DNA from: Camelus ferus
Lineage: Eukaryota
Direction of reading: 5' to 3'
DNA length: 64,000 bases
Assembly (NCBI RefSeq): GCF_009834535.1
Contig: NC_045697.1
Span: 78,866,001-78,930,000 of the forward strand
Part shown: in pieces, positions 39,721 to 52,360 of the stretch
Position numbering within the stretch: position 1 is the first letter of the stretch
Layout of the letters: each line of letters begins with the position of its first letter
Program-made: the position numbers and the translations under genes
Notes under the pieces: generated by a model
Told to the model about the DNA's origin: nothing
Seen by the model: the letters and a program-made list of their open reading frames with translations, nothing else
Databases searched by the model: none

Positions 39721-42361
39721 AAAAATAAACAAAATGTTAGGCTTGGTAGAATACAGAATATGACCTACAAATTTGAAATGTACTGACTCTCAGTTTCTTA
39801 AAACCAGCATGCAAAATCATGAAAGTATATACTAATGGTACAAATTTCATTAAAATCACATTTACAGCAGCATATTTCTATTTGAAGAATTGATCTGTTA
39901 CCCACATTTTAAAGTAAAAGCATATGTGGTTTTATATATATATATATTATAATCTGAGAAATTGGGCTGGGCATAGTGATGTCTTCCATTGTTTTCACTC
40001 AAATTCAAACTTAATTATGACTTATTTTATGGAACAGTCCCCTTTTGCTGTGTCAGAATTAAAACAGTATATTTCACCTTCATTCTTTTTTCAGAGATGG
40101 CAATGTTTAAATCTGATCTTTGGGTTTTAAATCATGCTTTCTGACCAAAATTCCTTTGGAGAGCAGAATGCAATATTCAGTACTTCCAGGCATGCTGTTA
40201 TTGGACAGATCCCACAGCAGTGAACCTGAAAGATTGGCAGGGTAAAAAAGTAAGAGTCCAGAAGAGACAAAGCCAAGATGCCAAGATAGAAGGAGAGGGG
40301 AGAGAGAGAGAGATTTGTATTTGTCTTACTACCTCATGACAGCCACGTAGAATGACATAATCCTGTTTTGAATAACTTTTGTTAAGATAATAAGAATATT
40401 GTGTTTGTCTTCTTTAAAACATTTCATAACAGTGCACCGAAAAAAGATGTGGAGACCCTCCTGCTTCATTTCCTGCCTTCATAGAATGTTGTGTTACGAA
40501 AATATTTTTATTACAGCAGAACCCGAAGCAATATAAAATGTTTGCTTTAGGATTTATTTGAGTCCCTTTAAGCTGAACTTCTGTAATGTAATCTATTTAC
40601 AGACATTCCACAGTGCCCTATGGCTACTAGCTTATGCAAATGAAGTGTGACCCTGGGAATAAACCTCTTGCCCCCCATCATCCTCCCTGGCTTCAAAGGT
40701 CTCTAGGCAATCACTTTTTTAAGTGAAGAGATTTTTAAGCTGAATTGAAATAGAAAGAGAGGGAACATAACTTGATGCCCAATACTCATACAACCCAACC
40801 ATTTACTATCCACTATTTTCCCATAAATATTTAGACACTAATTTATAAATCCATTTGGGATAAATGTGTTAGTGTGTAATGATTTTTTTTCAGCCTCTTC
40901 TTTTATTTTGAATCCTAAAAACTAGAGACCAATGCCAATCAATAGTCATTTACTCTAACTTCATTTCTTACTTCTCAAACTAAGGGTCACTAGATTGGGA
41001 CAGAATTGGTTTAGTGATAATAAAATCTTCTCTGCTGATTATATTATCACTGAAAATATATTTGTGCTGAGCACCAGAATAATCAAAGTAATCAGAAAGA
41101 GTTATATAATCCCATAAGGACAATAACTAGGTGTATGTTTAATATATTATTTGAATATACTAGTATTACCATTGAAATATATTGGTATTTATAAGTGATT
41201 AAGAAAAAATGGATCCAATTTTTAGAGAAGGGTAATGAAACTTGATAATTGATTTCATTTTTGGATGTATTAGTGGGAAAGAGCTGTCCAAAATTTTCAA
41301 ATGACAATCATCATAACAAACCATATAATTTTAAGGGGCTCCTTCCTACTGGACAATACCATGAGAAAAAAAAAAAAAACAGTTATTTTTTGTAGGATGA
41401 ATCATTCAAAGCCCAGATAGCCAGTAGTTTCAAATGCATTCTTGGAGCCCCCAGGGTTCTCAAGGTCAAAGTATCATTTCAAAACATTGTCAAAATTTAG
41501 AAATAATCCAGGATAACTCTGAGACTTGTAGGCTAAAAAGTCTCCTCTGCAATCTTTCAAGGGATGGCAAACCACAGATGACTAACTTTTTAACCTGGCC
41601 AAATAGCATAATAAAGTTAGAGTGCTAGAAAACATTGGTAATTCCCTGTATATATATATTTATATTTGTTTTAATTCCCTACTTAAGTCTGCTGAATCTT
41701 TACCATTTTTAGTGAAATACAGAGCTTTATTAAAATTAAAGAAAATGTTATTTAAACTGTGTTATTTATGTTCTGCTTTATGTAAAAATCATCAAATTTA
41801 TGCCATGAGATTTTCTTTTAGGTGGCTTATGTTGAACAGTCAGTATGTTGCATAGGTGACTACTTAGGCCTTGAAATGCATAGGGCTCTGCAAAACACTT
41901 GCTTTCAAGGGGGTCCAGAACCTCAAGACCATGGCCATCTCCCTAAAACACCTGAATAGGCTCAAGAATGGAGCTAACAGTCCTGAATGTTTGGCCAGCA
42001 ACAAATGACAGGGGAAGGCAGGGAACTAATAAATAACGTCCCCCAAAATAGATGCCAGAAATAGGTGCTAACTCAATAGGCCACAGTGAAGAATGACTCA
42101 AAATCGTCTGTCGTACTTGTAAATACTTACTGAGATTGAAGAGGAACATACATGAGGCCAGAAAAAAGGAGAATGATACAAAAGAACAAAGAATCAGTAA
42201 GAAGAAATCGTAGCACAGCAAGCCAAAATCATAGCTAAAATCCTCAAATTTTAATGCTAGAGACACTAAGAACTCAATTTAAAAAACAATCAGAGAACTT
42301 CCACCCATAGAAAGTAGGAAATCCAGTACAAACATGAAATAGTTAAAGAAAACACTCCTGT

Positions 42362-42514
42362 GGGGAGGGTATAGCTCAGTGGTGGAGTGCATGACTAGCA
42401 AGCACGAGATGTCCTGGGTTCGATCCTCAGTACCTCCATTAAAATAATAAATAAATAAATAAACAAACAAATCTAATTGCCTCCCTCCCCTCAGGAAAAA
42501 AAAAGAAAGAAAGA
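42362..42514 (+). mobile_element. Full-length tRNA-Ala-derived SINE (camelid Vic-1-like)
   Basis: ggggagggtatagctcagtggtggagtgc (A box), ggttcgatcc (B box), (aaat)n linker, short C-rich segment and A-rich tail. Decayed TSD aaagaaaacactcct (42345-42359) and aaagaaagcaatctt (42515-42529). Confidence 0.9.
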
Positions 42515-43214
42515 AAAGAAAGCAATCTTAAAAAAGCATATATGTGTGTATGTACATATATATGTTATACAACAACTTAGCATTTATACAGACCAAAGAT
42601 TCCTTTTGGAAGCATACTTGCCTGACGAGTTTTTAAACTTCAAGAACTAAGAAACATTGGAGAATAATCTCAACTGTGGACACTGGTCCTCAGACTGAGA
42701 AGGGGATGGGAGGATGCTCAAAGATAAACAGCTACTCTTACAACTGCAGCAAAGACAGTAAAGAACAGAATAAAAAGTGGCAATGTCCTTTGGAAAGGTG
42801 ATAGAAAGTCCAAGTTCAAATTCTATGGAATGGTCATGGTCTCTAACTTTTTTAAGGTCCTGGCCACTGTCACAGAAGACACATCTCACTTCTCACAGTT
42901 TCAGAAATTCCTGCTTTGACCCACACTTAGAAGTAAAGTAGCAAGACAGGATCCCTAGCAGCAAAACTCTGGAATATTTCGGCCTTACCAGTTCTGCATA
43001 CCGCTCATCACCACCACTTTTAATTATTCACCAAAGAATAATAGCCCAGGCTGTTTCTCCTCAGTGGGTTAAAAGACTCAAAGAATAAAGGCAGAAGAAA
43101 AGCTCCAAATATTCACAGAAATGTATCAATGCCAATGACCAGAAAATAATGACAGTAAACAGAGGAGTGTATTAGAGAAAAGGATTTCTCTCTTTTGACC
43201 AAATCATGTAGGGA

Positions 43215-43239
43215 GTGTGTGTGTGTGTGTGTGTGTGTG
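43215..43239 (+). repeat. (GT)12 microsatellite
   Basis: Directly visible. Confidence 0.97.
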
Positions 43240-44059
43240 CGGTAACAAGGCACCTGAGGTCCTGGGAGATGAAAAACAGCTTGTGCTTTTTGACTACACT
43301 AGTGAAAGATGCTTCATTCCTTCATAAGCAGAGCTGTTACTAAGAAAACGGTAGGTCATTTTCACAGGAAGTCCTGGACCATGATGGCTCCAACCATGTC
43401 TTACAGAAATAAAGAGCAATGAATCCCTAAGGAAAGGGAAGTCTAGGCTGTTAGCTCAGGGTTAAACAAGGACAGAAGGCATTCCCAGGGCTAGGATGTT
43501 GGATACAACGTGTGATGTAGGAAGCTTTTCAGACTTGGTCACCCTGGCCCAGTGTCTGTGCTACAGAGACCTGGTAACTAAGCATGCATGCATGGGGCCC
43601 ACTCTTGCAGAGTGAGTAGGCTTTCAGCAAAGTGCAGGCAACTCTGACCCCGAAACCATTTGGACAAGAGAAGCAAAGGTATCAGTGAGCTGAATAAACT
43701 TTCCTGTTCCCTCTGTGACTAGTTCTAGAGGTAAAACTAGCCTCTTTTGCCTCACGGACTTTAAGGGCTTCCTGGGCAATCAAGGACATGATATACTAAG
43801 AAGGCAGGTAAGCACTAGAGCAATCAGAGTATGTTCTGGGTTTGCGGAGCAGGGCATACTTTATCGTCTCTCTCCTGGGCTTTTATCATATTCATCAGAG
43901 TTGCACCTTCATTCTCACATCTTTCTGTTTTCAAGATTGTTGTATTGTTTGAAGTATCTTGATTTAACTGTGCTCTTTTTGATTCTCTTTACACATACTC
44001 ATATACCTACTTTCTAATAAGAAACTACTGGTTCAAACTTTCATTAACAGTTATCTTAC

Positions 44060-44166
44060 CTGTTCACTGTAGTGTCTATTTTCAACTGATAAATCATGCT
44101 GTACTTCATTTGGGTACACTGAATTCCAAAACGCAAAACACAATTCCCATTTCCAACCGATAATGT
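44060..44166 (-). other. Putative exon 2 (107 nt) of a minus-strand gene; 5'UTR or N-terminal coding
   Basis: Minus-strand acceptor tttaacaagattttcag|ACATTA (branch-like TTTAAC, short pyrimidine tract) and strong donor CAG|gtaaga. Lies 352 nt downstream of the exon 1 donor. Confidence 0.65.
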
Positions 44167-44349
44167 CTGAAAATCTTGTTAAACCTCTCCACAAAAGTTT
44201 ACTTTAGCTTGAAACCAATTGCATTTTGAGGAGATACTGAAACACAACAGAGACCCTACTGGGTTGAGCTATCGACTTTTCTGGGACAAACGTCTTTTAA
44301 AAATTAACTTCAGAAAGTTTGTTTTTTGTTTCTTTGTTTTAACTGAACC

Positions 44350-44700
44350 TGCACGTCTCACTGAGCCCCACGAAGAGATGACACTCAGACTTACAGAGAA
44401 GGCACAGGACATGCGAGGCAATAAGTCGTGGAGACTGCAGAAGTCCCCGACGTCTCCTGAAGGACTTTCAGCCTTGGCGAAAGCCAGAGTCTGAGGCCGG
44501 AGCGCTACAGACCCTCACCCGCCGGCAGCCCCGCGCCACCATGTTGCTCGCGGTTTAAAGGGCCGCCGCCGCCACGGAGCCAGACGGCCCCAGTTATGCG
44601 CAAGCGCATGCTCTGGCGCTGCAGCCCACGCGCAGGCACCACGCACAGGCGCCACACACGCGGCGGAGGGGGCTCAAAGGCAGCGCAATAGCGAATCTAT
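44350..44700 (-). promoter_or_regulatory. Small CpG-island promoter with NRF1-like and YY1-like sites
   Basis: The only CpG-dense GC-rich patch in the window. TGCGCAAGCGCA (44597-44608) is NRF1-like. Minus-strand AACATGGTGGCG (44534-44545) resembles the YY1 site typical just downstream of a TSS. A splice donor on the minus strand gives the direction. Confidence 0.85.
44519..44596 (-). other. Putative first exon of a minus-strand gene (TSS position approximate)
   Basis: GC-rich leader ...GGCGGCGGCGGCCCTTTAAACCGCGAGCAACATGGTGGCGCGGGGCTGCCGGCGG ending at donor CGG|gtgagg (GT at 44518-44517). Confidence 0.72.
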
Positions 44701-44809
44701 TTTTTATATGAAGACATTGAGTTGTACTTTTTTTCTTTGAGAAAAAAAAGAATTCGCATGTATTTTTATATACATCTACTTTTATTTCATTATTAAATTT
44801 TTCAACTGC

Positions 44810-45212
44810 TTTAGTCATCTCAGGCTAAGTCATGTTACAGTAATTAATAATCTCAAGTTTTGTGGATTAAGCAATAAAAGTTTATTTCTTGCTCACATTT
44901 ATGCTTATCACGGATGAGCTGTGACTCTGCTCAATATCTTCTTCATTTCATGTACAAGTCTGAATAAGCGGCCCTATGTGGACCTCTTATGGCAAAGAGG
45001 AAAGAAATCAGAATGGGCTCTTAAAACTTCAGCATGGAAGTAGCATATGTCACTTGTACCCTTACTTATTTCATTGTAACTTATTTTGCTGGTCAAAATA
45101 AGTAACCTGGCCAAGTTGACATAGTCAAGACCCCTAGTAGAAAGGTGCCAAATAAATAAGAGTCCTTTAGAGAGAAGTACCAAATATTTTGACAATCATA
45201 TCATTTACCATA
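44810..45212 (-). mobile_element. MaLR LTR (MLT1J/K-like)
   Basis: aggctaagtcatgttacagtaattaataatctcaa...aaagtttatttcttgctcaca...ggctcttaaaacttcagcatggaagtagcatatgtcactt. Confidence 0.7.
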
Positions 45213-46699
45213 AATTTCTTTGTCTGCCACTCAATTATCAGTATTTAAACAGGAATACAATAGAAGAAAAACTGTTTGAATTTTGTAGACTCTATAATAA
45301 GAAAATGTAAAGATTAGAAGTCTACAATCAAGATATTTTTCAATCCCAAGCTTTTTTAATTTTATAGTAACACTATAGCATCTTTTTTTTTTTAATTAAT
45401 AATTTGAAGCTGTGCCTATTAAGTTCTTTAGAAAATGCATTGGATTCTTTGGAAAAAAAACACCATCAATGTCATGGTTATTACTCACATGGTTATAACA
45501 TTTAATGTAATTCTTTCTAAATAAAAAACACAGTTTAGTAAATAATTTTTATCTTAAAAAATAAATAATATAATCTGCACTACTTTTTATGCTTAGCTTT
45601 CACTAATTTTTATCTGTTTTTAATCCTTACTTCTTCCCACTCATTTGTTTTGTTACACAAAACTGTATAGCAAAAGCAAGTTCATATATATATACATTTA
45701 TATAGAAAAGAGAGAGTAAGAGAGATTGAGAGAGACACAGAATTTAATTTATACATGTCCTCCAAGAAAGACTATCTAAACTGTTCCAACAGATCCTAGA
45801 GAAAGAAACGCCACGATTTTATTTGCATAGCACAGTACTTTTCTATGATTAGAAAATCACCATACTAGAATCTACCCACCAAAAAGACAATTTCTCAAAA
45901 ACTTACCTAGAATAAAAATTTATAACACCTATACAGGTCTAAATGACCCATTGTGGGAGTTATTTTGGTTGTTCTAAAAACATTTGAGTATATGATTATT
46001 AGATATTACAACTAAATGTTGCATATTTAGGCTTTTGCAAAATATAAACCATTATAAATACTTTTTAACATTAAGTAATTTACATAGAAAAAGAGGAATA
46101 TAGAAAGTAAACCATTCACAACTCAAGAAACATAATTTACTTGAAGCAGTTCTCCTCAAAAACAGAGAACATTAACCATGTTACATTCAAAAAGCCCAAA
46201 ATATTTTAAATATGTTTTATTTATCTTTCCAGTTCTATGCTAGTGGCAATCCTCAAAGCAATTTTCCATTAATTACATATGTTGATAAACATATACATTA
46301 TAATTAATCTATAAAAATTTACTATTTCTAAGTAACAGAGCATGTTTTAGGGACTTAATAAAATAATATCCTAAAATAATATCCTCAGTCCTCCTACATC
46401 TCTGTAAATTCCAACATCTCAATCAATCAATAAAAGACCTCAAAGGGTCAGAGTTTCTCAATGCCCAAGCCACAGGATTACCTCTGATTTAACACAAGGC
46501 TCAGTTAAATGCAACTTACATAAATCTCTTCTTTATTTGGGCATAACCAAAAGGAAATTTTTTATGTTGATATAAGAGCAACAAGTGAGAATAAAACAAC
46601 CCTTATACCTTTCTCAATCAACAAACAAATCAACCAACAAAAATTAGGTTAGAGAATTATGTGTGGTCTAATAGTCTGCATTTTGTGACACAACGATCA

Positions 46700-47470
46700 T
46701 TATTACCCAACAATTACTGAGCATTGTTATGGGCTCAGAAATGCAGTAGTTGCTGATAATACAATGACAAGCAGAGGAGGAGAAATTAAAGGGAAACTTC
46801 CCAAAGAAGTCTGAATTTCAGAGAACAAATTTGAGAGACTAGATATGATTTTGCCAGATGAACAATGGGGGCTAACAAGAGAGGACGGATGTGCAAAAAG
46901 AGGGAGAAGGCATTTCAGGTAGAAGAAATACCATAGACAAAGCACAGAGGTCCAAAACAACATAGTAAATTCTTGAAACTGCAATTAGTATAACACAGAT
47001 AGATGCATTTTGCTAGGGCACCGGCTGTGGGAGGTGGAGCTGTCAAAGGACATGAGAAGGGATTACTTCATGGAGGGCCTCGTGTGCCTCGCTAAGGTTT
47101 TTAGATTATCTTGTGGGCAATGGAACATCAATGAAAGGTCTTAATGAAAAAAGTCACATATTAAATTAGTATTTTGGAAAAATAATTTTGGTCAGGGTAT
47201 GGAGGATGCATTGGAGGAGAGTGGGCTGCAGGAAAAATATCAGGAGACTATTTTGAAAATCCAGGGGAGAAATTTTTTTAAAGGTTCCAACAACAGCAGG
47301 AGTAGTGAGTATAAGTAGAAGAGAGCCTGAAACAATACTTGGTAGAACAGACAGGGCTCAGGTACTTACTGAATACAGAGGTTTGACAGAAAAGTCAAGC
47401 CTGACTTGGAGAAATGAAAGTCCGGGAGGATAGGGGAGAAAGCCAGTGAGTTTAGTTTGGAAGCTGTTAC
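46700..47470 (-). mobile_element. L2 LINE fragment
   Basis: aggcatttcaggtagaagaaataccatagacaaagcacagagg...ggagggcctcgtgtgcc...gggcaatggaacatcaatgaaagg...aaatccagggga. Confidence 0.75.
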
Positions 47471-49289
47471 TCATGAGGGGGCAACTGTACATCCAAACAT
47501 ATACTGGAGAGAAGATGGCATTTTTCAGTTTTCAAAATTTCTCTGTTTAAAAGTTTATTTTCCCCTAGCAGATACTTTAAAAGAAATCATCTTACAAGAT
47601 ATTTTCTTACCTTGAAGCTGTTTGAATGCCTATGTAAAGAATTTGTTCACTCCTTTCGGAAAATTGCCACAAATCTCTAATTGTTTGACCTGGGTAGGGT
47701 TCACATGCCAGGTCATAACCCTCATGCTTTTAATTATTTAATTGTGTTTCTTCCTTGATTTGGCATCTGACTTCTCCCACCTACTGAGAGCATGTGTCTC
47801 CTCTGTACTTTTGCTTCCCACCAAGATCAGACTTGCCCATGACCTATGAAGTAACCTGAACTGTGTTATATTTTTAAAGACCAGTAGAGGAGACAGCAAT
47901 GATTGGGTGCCCTCAAAATTTTGCCCAGTGGTCTGACATCATAGATATTCCCTGGGCCCATTTCAACATTTGACCAATTATTCTTCCCATTGAGTCATGC
48001 TGAAACAAAATACATTATCTCAATAATTACTATCTTCAACAACCTAAAATTAAGCATATTACTATAATACTGTGGTACAATGAGAAAGAAATTCCTTTAA
48101 GAAAGTTGAGGAGACACTGTGCTAGGGTGCTAGGGAAGTTATACCATACAAGTAGAATAATTTTTTAGAAAATATGTTGCAGGAAATAATTGCAGGAAAA
48201 AGGTCTATCATGCCTCATGAAACAACAAGCCCTCTTTTATTCCCTTTCTAAAAGAAGAAAGAAAAAAAAAAAACTAAAACTAAGCATAGTTCTAAATACT
48301 GTCATTAAAGATTGTGTTTAGGTTTTAATTTCTGCTTATGTAGCAATGCATCCATTCTTAAATATACAAATCATCACTATTAAAAATACAGCATCTCCCT
48401 AGAAAGTGAGTAGCTTGTTATAACTAGCCAATGTTGCTTTGTAAACCCAAAACCTTTTAGTAAGTTTACATAAAAACTCTGATAAGGTCTTAAAAACATC
48501 TGTGAAGAAGTTCACACAATGCAGTAATACCCAAGGAGAATTGTCGACAGTAACTTCTAACTGCCTGCCAAAGTCCATGGCTTTTTTAAGATTATGGAAG
48601 ACCATTCATTTTGTTTTCATAAACTTAAAGATGACTTAACCAAATCCCCTAACGGTAGTTAATGGTTCTTAATTATATGATGTGGAAAAAAAAGAAGAAA
48701 GCCTTATTCACTGAAAGGCAGTATTATTACTAAAATTGCCTAATCTTATATGACTGTAAAATTAAAAGATGACACAGCAAGATGGAAAAAAATACCCATG
48801 AAGTGGTTAAATAACATCCAAGTTTTCACTTTTCTGTGCCAAGTTTTACTTCGCAGAACAAGTCTCAGTTGCATACAATTTCAGGGAAACATGAAATTAA
48901 GTTTTGGAAACAGATTTCATGGTTAAAGAACTTAATCCACAATCAGTTCTTCTTTATTTATTTATGAGGATACATTTTGCATCATTCCTTGAATATGCTA
49001 GCATTTCCATGGTTAAAATTTTGACTTCAAAGTTGAACAGCAATATAGCCTATTTCAAATAATCCCGATTGCTATACCAATATATCCAATAATATTTTAA
49101 CAAGAATAAAAACAAACACCTTGCTTTCAAGGATTCTATAGGATTTAGAATATGAACATGATAAGCATACCTGAGATTGCCTATACCTTTTCCTTTGGGG
49201 CCAAGAACTCTATTTCTTTCAAACCTGTGTAAACACACTGGCTATTCAAGGGTTTCCAATCCTCATCTGTCTTGTTACCTTATAAAATA

Positions 49290-49540
49290 AGTGCTATTTA
49301 TTGAGTGCCAAGTATGTATTCACCTAATTTTTTTTATTTGACATCCCTGAAGCTCTATGAGATTGATATTACAGTCCCTCTACTAAAGATAAAGAATTTA
49401 AGGTTCATAGAAATTAAACTATATCCTCAAAATGCACAGACTCCACGGAAACAGGGTTCAAATCTCTCTTCTGTTCAACAGGGATTCAACTGCACATCTG
49501 TCTGACTCTAAAACTTAGCCTGTACCCTACACAGTGCTGC
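49290..49540 (-). mobile_element. MIR SINE
   Basis: tatttattgagtgccaagtatg...tatgagattgatattacagtccc...tctgtctgactctaaaac. Confidence 0.65.
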
Positions 49541-49582
49541 TTTCCATGTATCCAACTCTCCATTTAACTGTCCCACCTTAAA

Positions 49583-49696
49583 TTAGGTGACCATATATTC
49601 ATTTTGTATAACTGTCACATAGCTTATATATTAATAGTAAGCCCTGCTTCACTTAAAAATTGTCCCAGATGAACAATAATTTATATGGTCACCTTA
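49583..49696 (-). mobile_element. MER94-like hAT-Blackjack MITE with terminal inverted repeats, nested in an L2
   Basis: TIRs aggtgaccatata ... tatatggtcacct; flanks ccttaaat / cctttaag resemble an 8-bp hAT TSD. Confidence 0.8.
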
Positions 49697-49699
49697 CCT

Positions 49700-50900
49700 T
49701 TAAGTGAATACATATGAAACAATGTATATCATTTTTACCATCTCCCAAAATATGCCCCCTATTATTATATCCTTTCACACTGTGGATGGCACATAACCTT
49801 CATTCACCTGCACAAGCCAGGAAACAAGAGATAATTCTTAACTTCTCTTTTTCCGTCATATCCAATGTCACCATGTCCTTTCTTCTCTTCTTATTATCTT
49901 TCAAAACCAGCTTTTCTCCAACTACAATTTCACTGTCTTGGCTCTGACTCTCATAATTTCTTTCCTGGAGTTTTACAAAAGTTCTCAACTGATATTTTTA
50001 CCTACATTGTAAGCTATCTCTCAATCCAATCTTTACATCGCAATTAGTGTGAACTTTCAGAAGGACACATCTTATGTAGTCATCCCAATTTAAAATCCTT
50101 AAATGGCTCCTTAGAGCCTTCAGGTTAAACTCCAAAGCCTCCTCAGGACTCTTAAGGCCCTTTGTTAATTGTCCCTTGAACTTAGCTCTCCATCCTAATC
50201 TCTCACTACTCTGCCTGTCACAGACTACATCTCACCCCATTGAATGTCCTATAGTTACCAAAATATGCTGGCTTGTCTCTTGTCTTTATGCCTTATCACA
50301 GATTGCTTTCCTATTTGTTCCTTCTCTCTTCTCATCTCCTCCTAATTTTCACACCCTTCAATATACAGTTCTAGCATCCCCTCCTCTAATTGTCTTCTGA
50401 TTAAACTCTTGCTTAGTACAGCACTGGACACACAGCATTCAAGGGATATGTTGTCATTATTGAGCTGAGCTTTGAGATCCCTCTATTTCTGCCCATTTCT
50501 GGTCTCCTAAGTGTCATTGCCTTGGGTGATGGATGGTGAAGTGGAAGTCTGCTTCTCCTCTTTCAGGATGTTCCCATGTCCTTTCCCCACCACCTGCAAT
50601 GTCTCCCAATTGAAATTAAACTCAAAAAAAAGAAAGAAAAAAGAAAACAAAGAAAACAAACAAACAAAAAAAAACTTCTGTCTTATTATTTGCCAGCTCC
50701 CACTCAGTTTAGGTTAGATTTTTTTTTCCTTGGAGCTCCATAACATCCAGTGCCCAACCCCATGACAGTATAATGTTCCCATTACTTGTCTCATTGACTA
50801 GGCTAAAAGCTCTTTGAGGTAGAGCTTTTATCTTTTAATTCCAATATTCAGAATTGGACCTGGCAATAGTAAGTATACAACAGATTTTTATTGTTAATAA
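49700..50900 (+). mobile_element. L2 LINE 3' region (interrupted)
   Basis: ttaaaatccttaaatggctcc...aaactccaaagcct; tail gactaggctaaaagctctttgaggtagag...cctggcaatagtaagtatacaa. Confidence 0.6.
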
Positions 50901-51942
50901 TAATAGGACATTTGTTTATTGAACAGGATTAAATGAAAGATGACCATTACAGTGCTGAAGAAAGGTAATATATGAGGTTTAATGTATTTATGATTTTTAT
51001 AATACACACTTGAAAATCTCTGAGAACTAGATATTCTGTATTATGAAATTGTAAGTTTCCTTTCTTTTGTAAGCCATAATAAGCAACTTTGATTTATAAT
51101 AATAATATCTATTCAGATGAAGAAGTCAGAATTTCAGAATATGAAACATAGAATTGAGTCTAGTGATTTTCAACCCATCATTTAGCATTTGATCAAAGTC
51201 ATACTCAGATCCCCAGAATATAAACAATTTATTGTATAGCTGTTGCCCAAGAGCTGAAGGAATGGGAAACTGCCAATGTATGAAGGGCCTTGGTACTTCT
51301 GTTCCTCTGGTCTCTTCTCACTGAGCCTAGAGAGTCTAAGGCTCTGAATAGTGCACAGTGGTACAGAATCCAACCTAGTCTAAAATCTTACATGACAAAA
51401 AAAGAAGCTAAAGCCTTGAGAAGGTTGTGATCTTCCCAGGAACACCGAGTGGCATAAGACGAGACCTGAGTCTTCAGGCTCTTAGGCCTACATTTCAATC
51501 ATTGTTTCACACTGCTTCTAAAAGGAAAACAGCTTAGCTTGGGAGCACCAGAAAAATGTTCCTATTGCCTAGGTAAAAGTATTGAAAGGGATAATAACAG
51601 TACTAGGAAATGTGGACACCAAGAAGTGTTAAAACGAATTACGGTGAAAAAAAATTTGTGTTACAAAGCACATTGCCTAAGACGCTGATGATATTTGACC
51701 AGACACTGTGAACTGCAGGCTGCCAGGTGCCCTAAATCTTTCCTTATGTCAAGTGTTCAGCATAGCTTTTTATGTAATTTTCCCCCATAACAAAGTCAAT
51801 GAAAAATAATAGTAATATTAATTTGATAGAACCCCATAAATGTATCTCCTCTTTGAATCAACAGTATTTTGGAAGCAAAATTATAGCATCAGGTGACAAT
51901 GGGAGGAGCCTCATTAAAACTGGCCATAAATTGCATTGGTTC

Positions 51943-52360
51943 TTATTATGGGTCAAATTGTATGCTCTCAAAATTCATATGTAGAAATCCTAACCCCTAG
52001 CACCTCAGAATATGGCCTTATGTGGAAATAGGGTTAGTGCAGCTGTAATTAGTTAAGATGAGATCATACCAGATTAAATTAGGCCTAAACCAATATCACC
52101 AGTGTCTTTATAAAAAGGGAAAATTTGGAGACACACACACAGGGAAAATGCTATGTGAAAATTAGAGTTCTGCTTCCACAAGCCAAGAATGAATAGAAGC
52201 TAGCAGAGATTCCTGAAAAAGATCCTTCCTTAATGCATTAAGAGGAAGCACATCTCTGCTGACACTTCAATCTCAAGCTTCTTGTCTCCAAAACTGGGGC
52301 AATAAATTTCTGTTGTTTAAGTTTGTGGCATTTTGTTACAGTTTCTTGAAAGTTAATACA
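51943..52360 (+). mobile_element. MaLR solo LTR (MLT1A/B-like)
   Basis: tatgggtcaaattgt...aaattcatatgtagaaatcctaacccctagcacctcagaat...ggaaatagggt...aataaatttctgttgtttaag...taataca. Confidence 0.88.

Noticed and set aside
42362..42437. tRNA-Ala-like sequence
   Set aside because: It has an AT-rich linker, A-tail and TSD, and its stems are mismatched. It is a SINE, not a tRNA gene.
43240..43730. Possible ERV LTR (GC-richer, AATAAA followed by ctttcctg)
   Set aside because: I could not match it to a family or find TG...CA ends with a TSD, so I left it unannotated.
44535..44558. Perfect-looking Kozak gccaccATG on the plus strand
   Set aside because: It gives only MLLAV* and is the reverse complement of the minus-strand YY1-like/ATG motif. 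No plus-strand exon structure follows.
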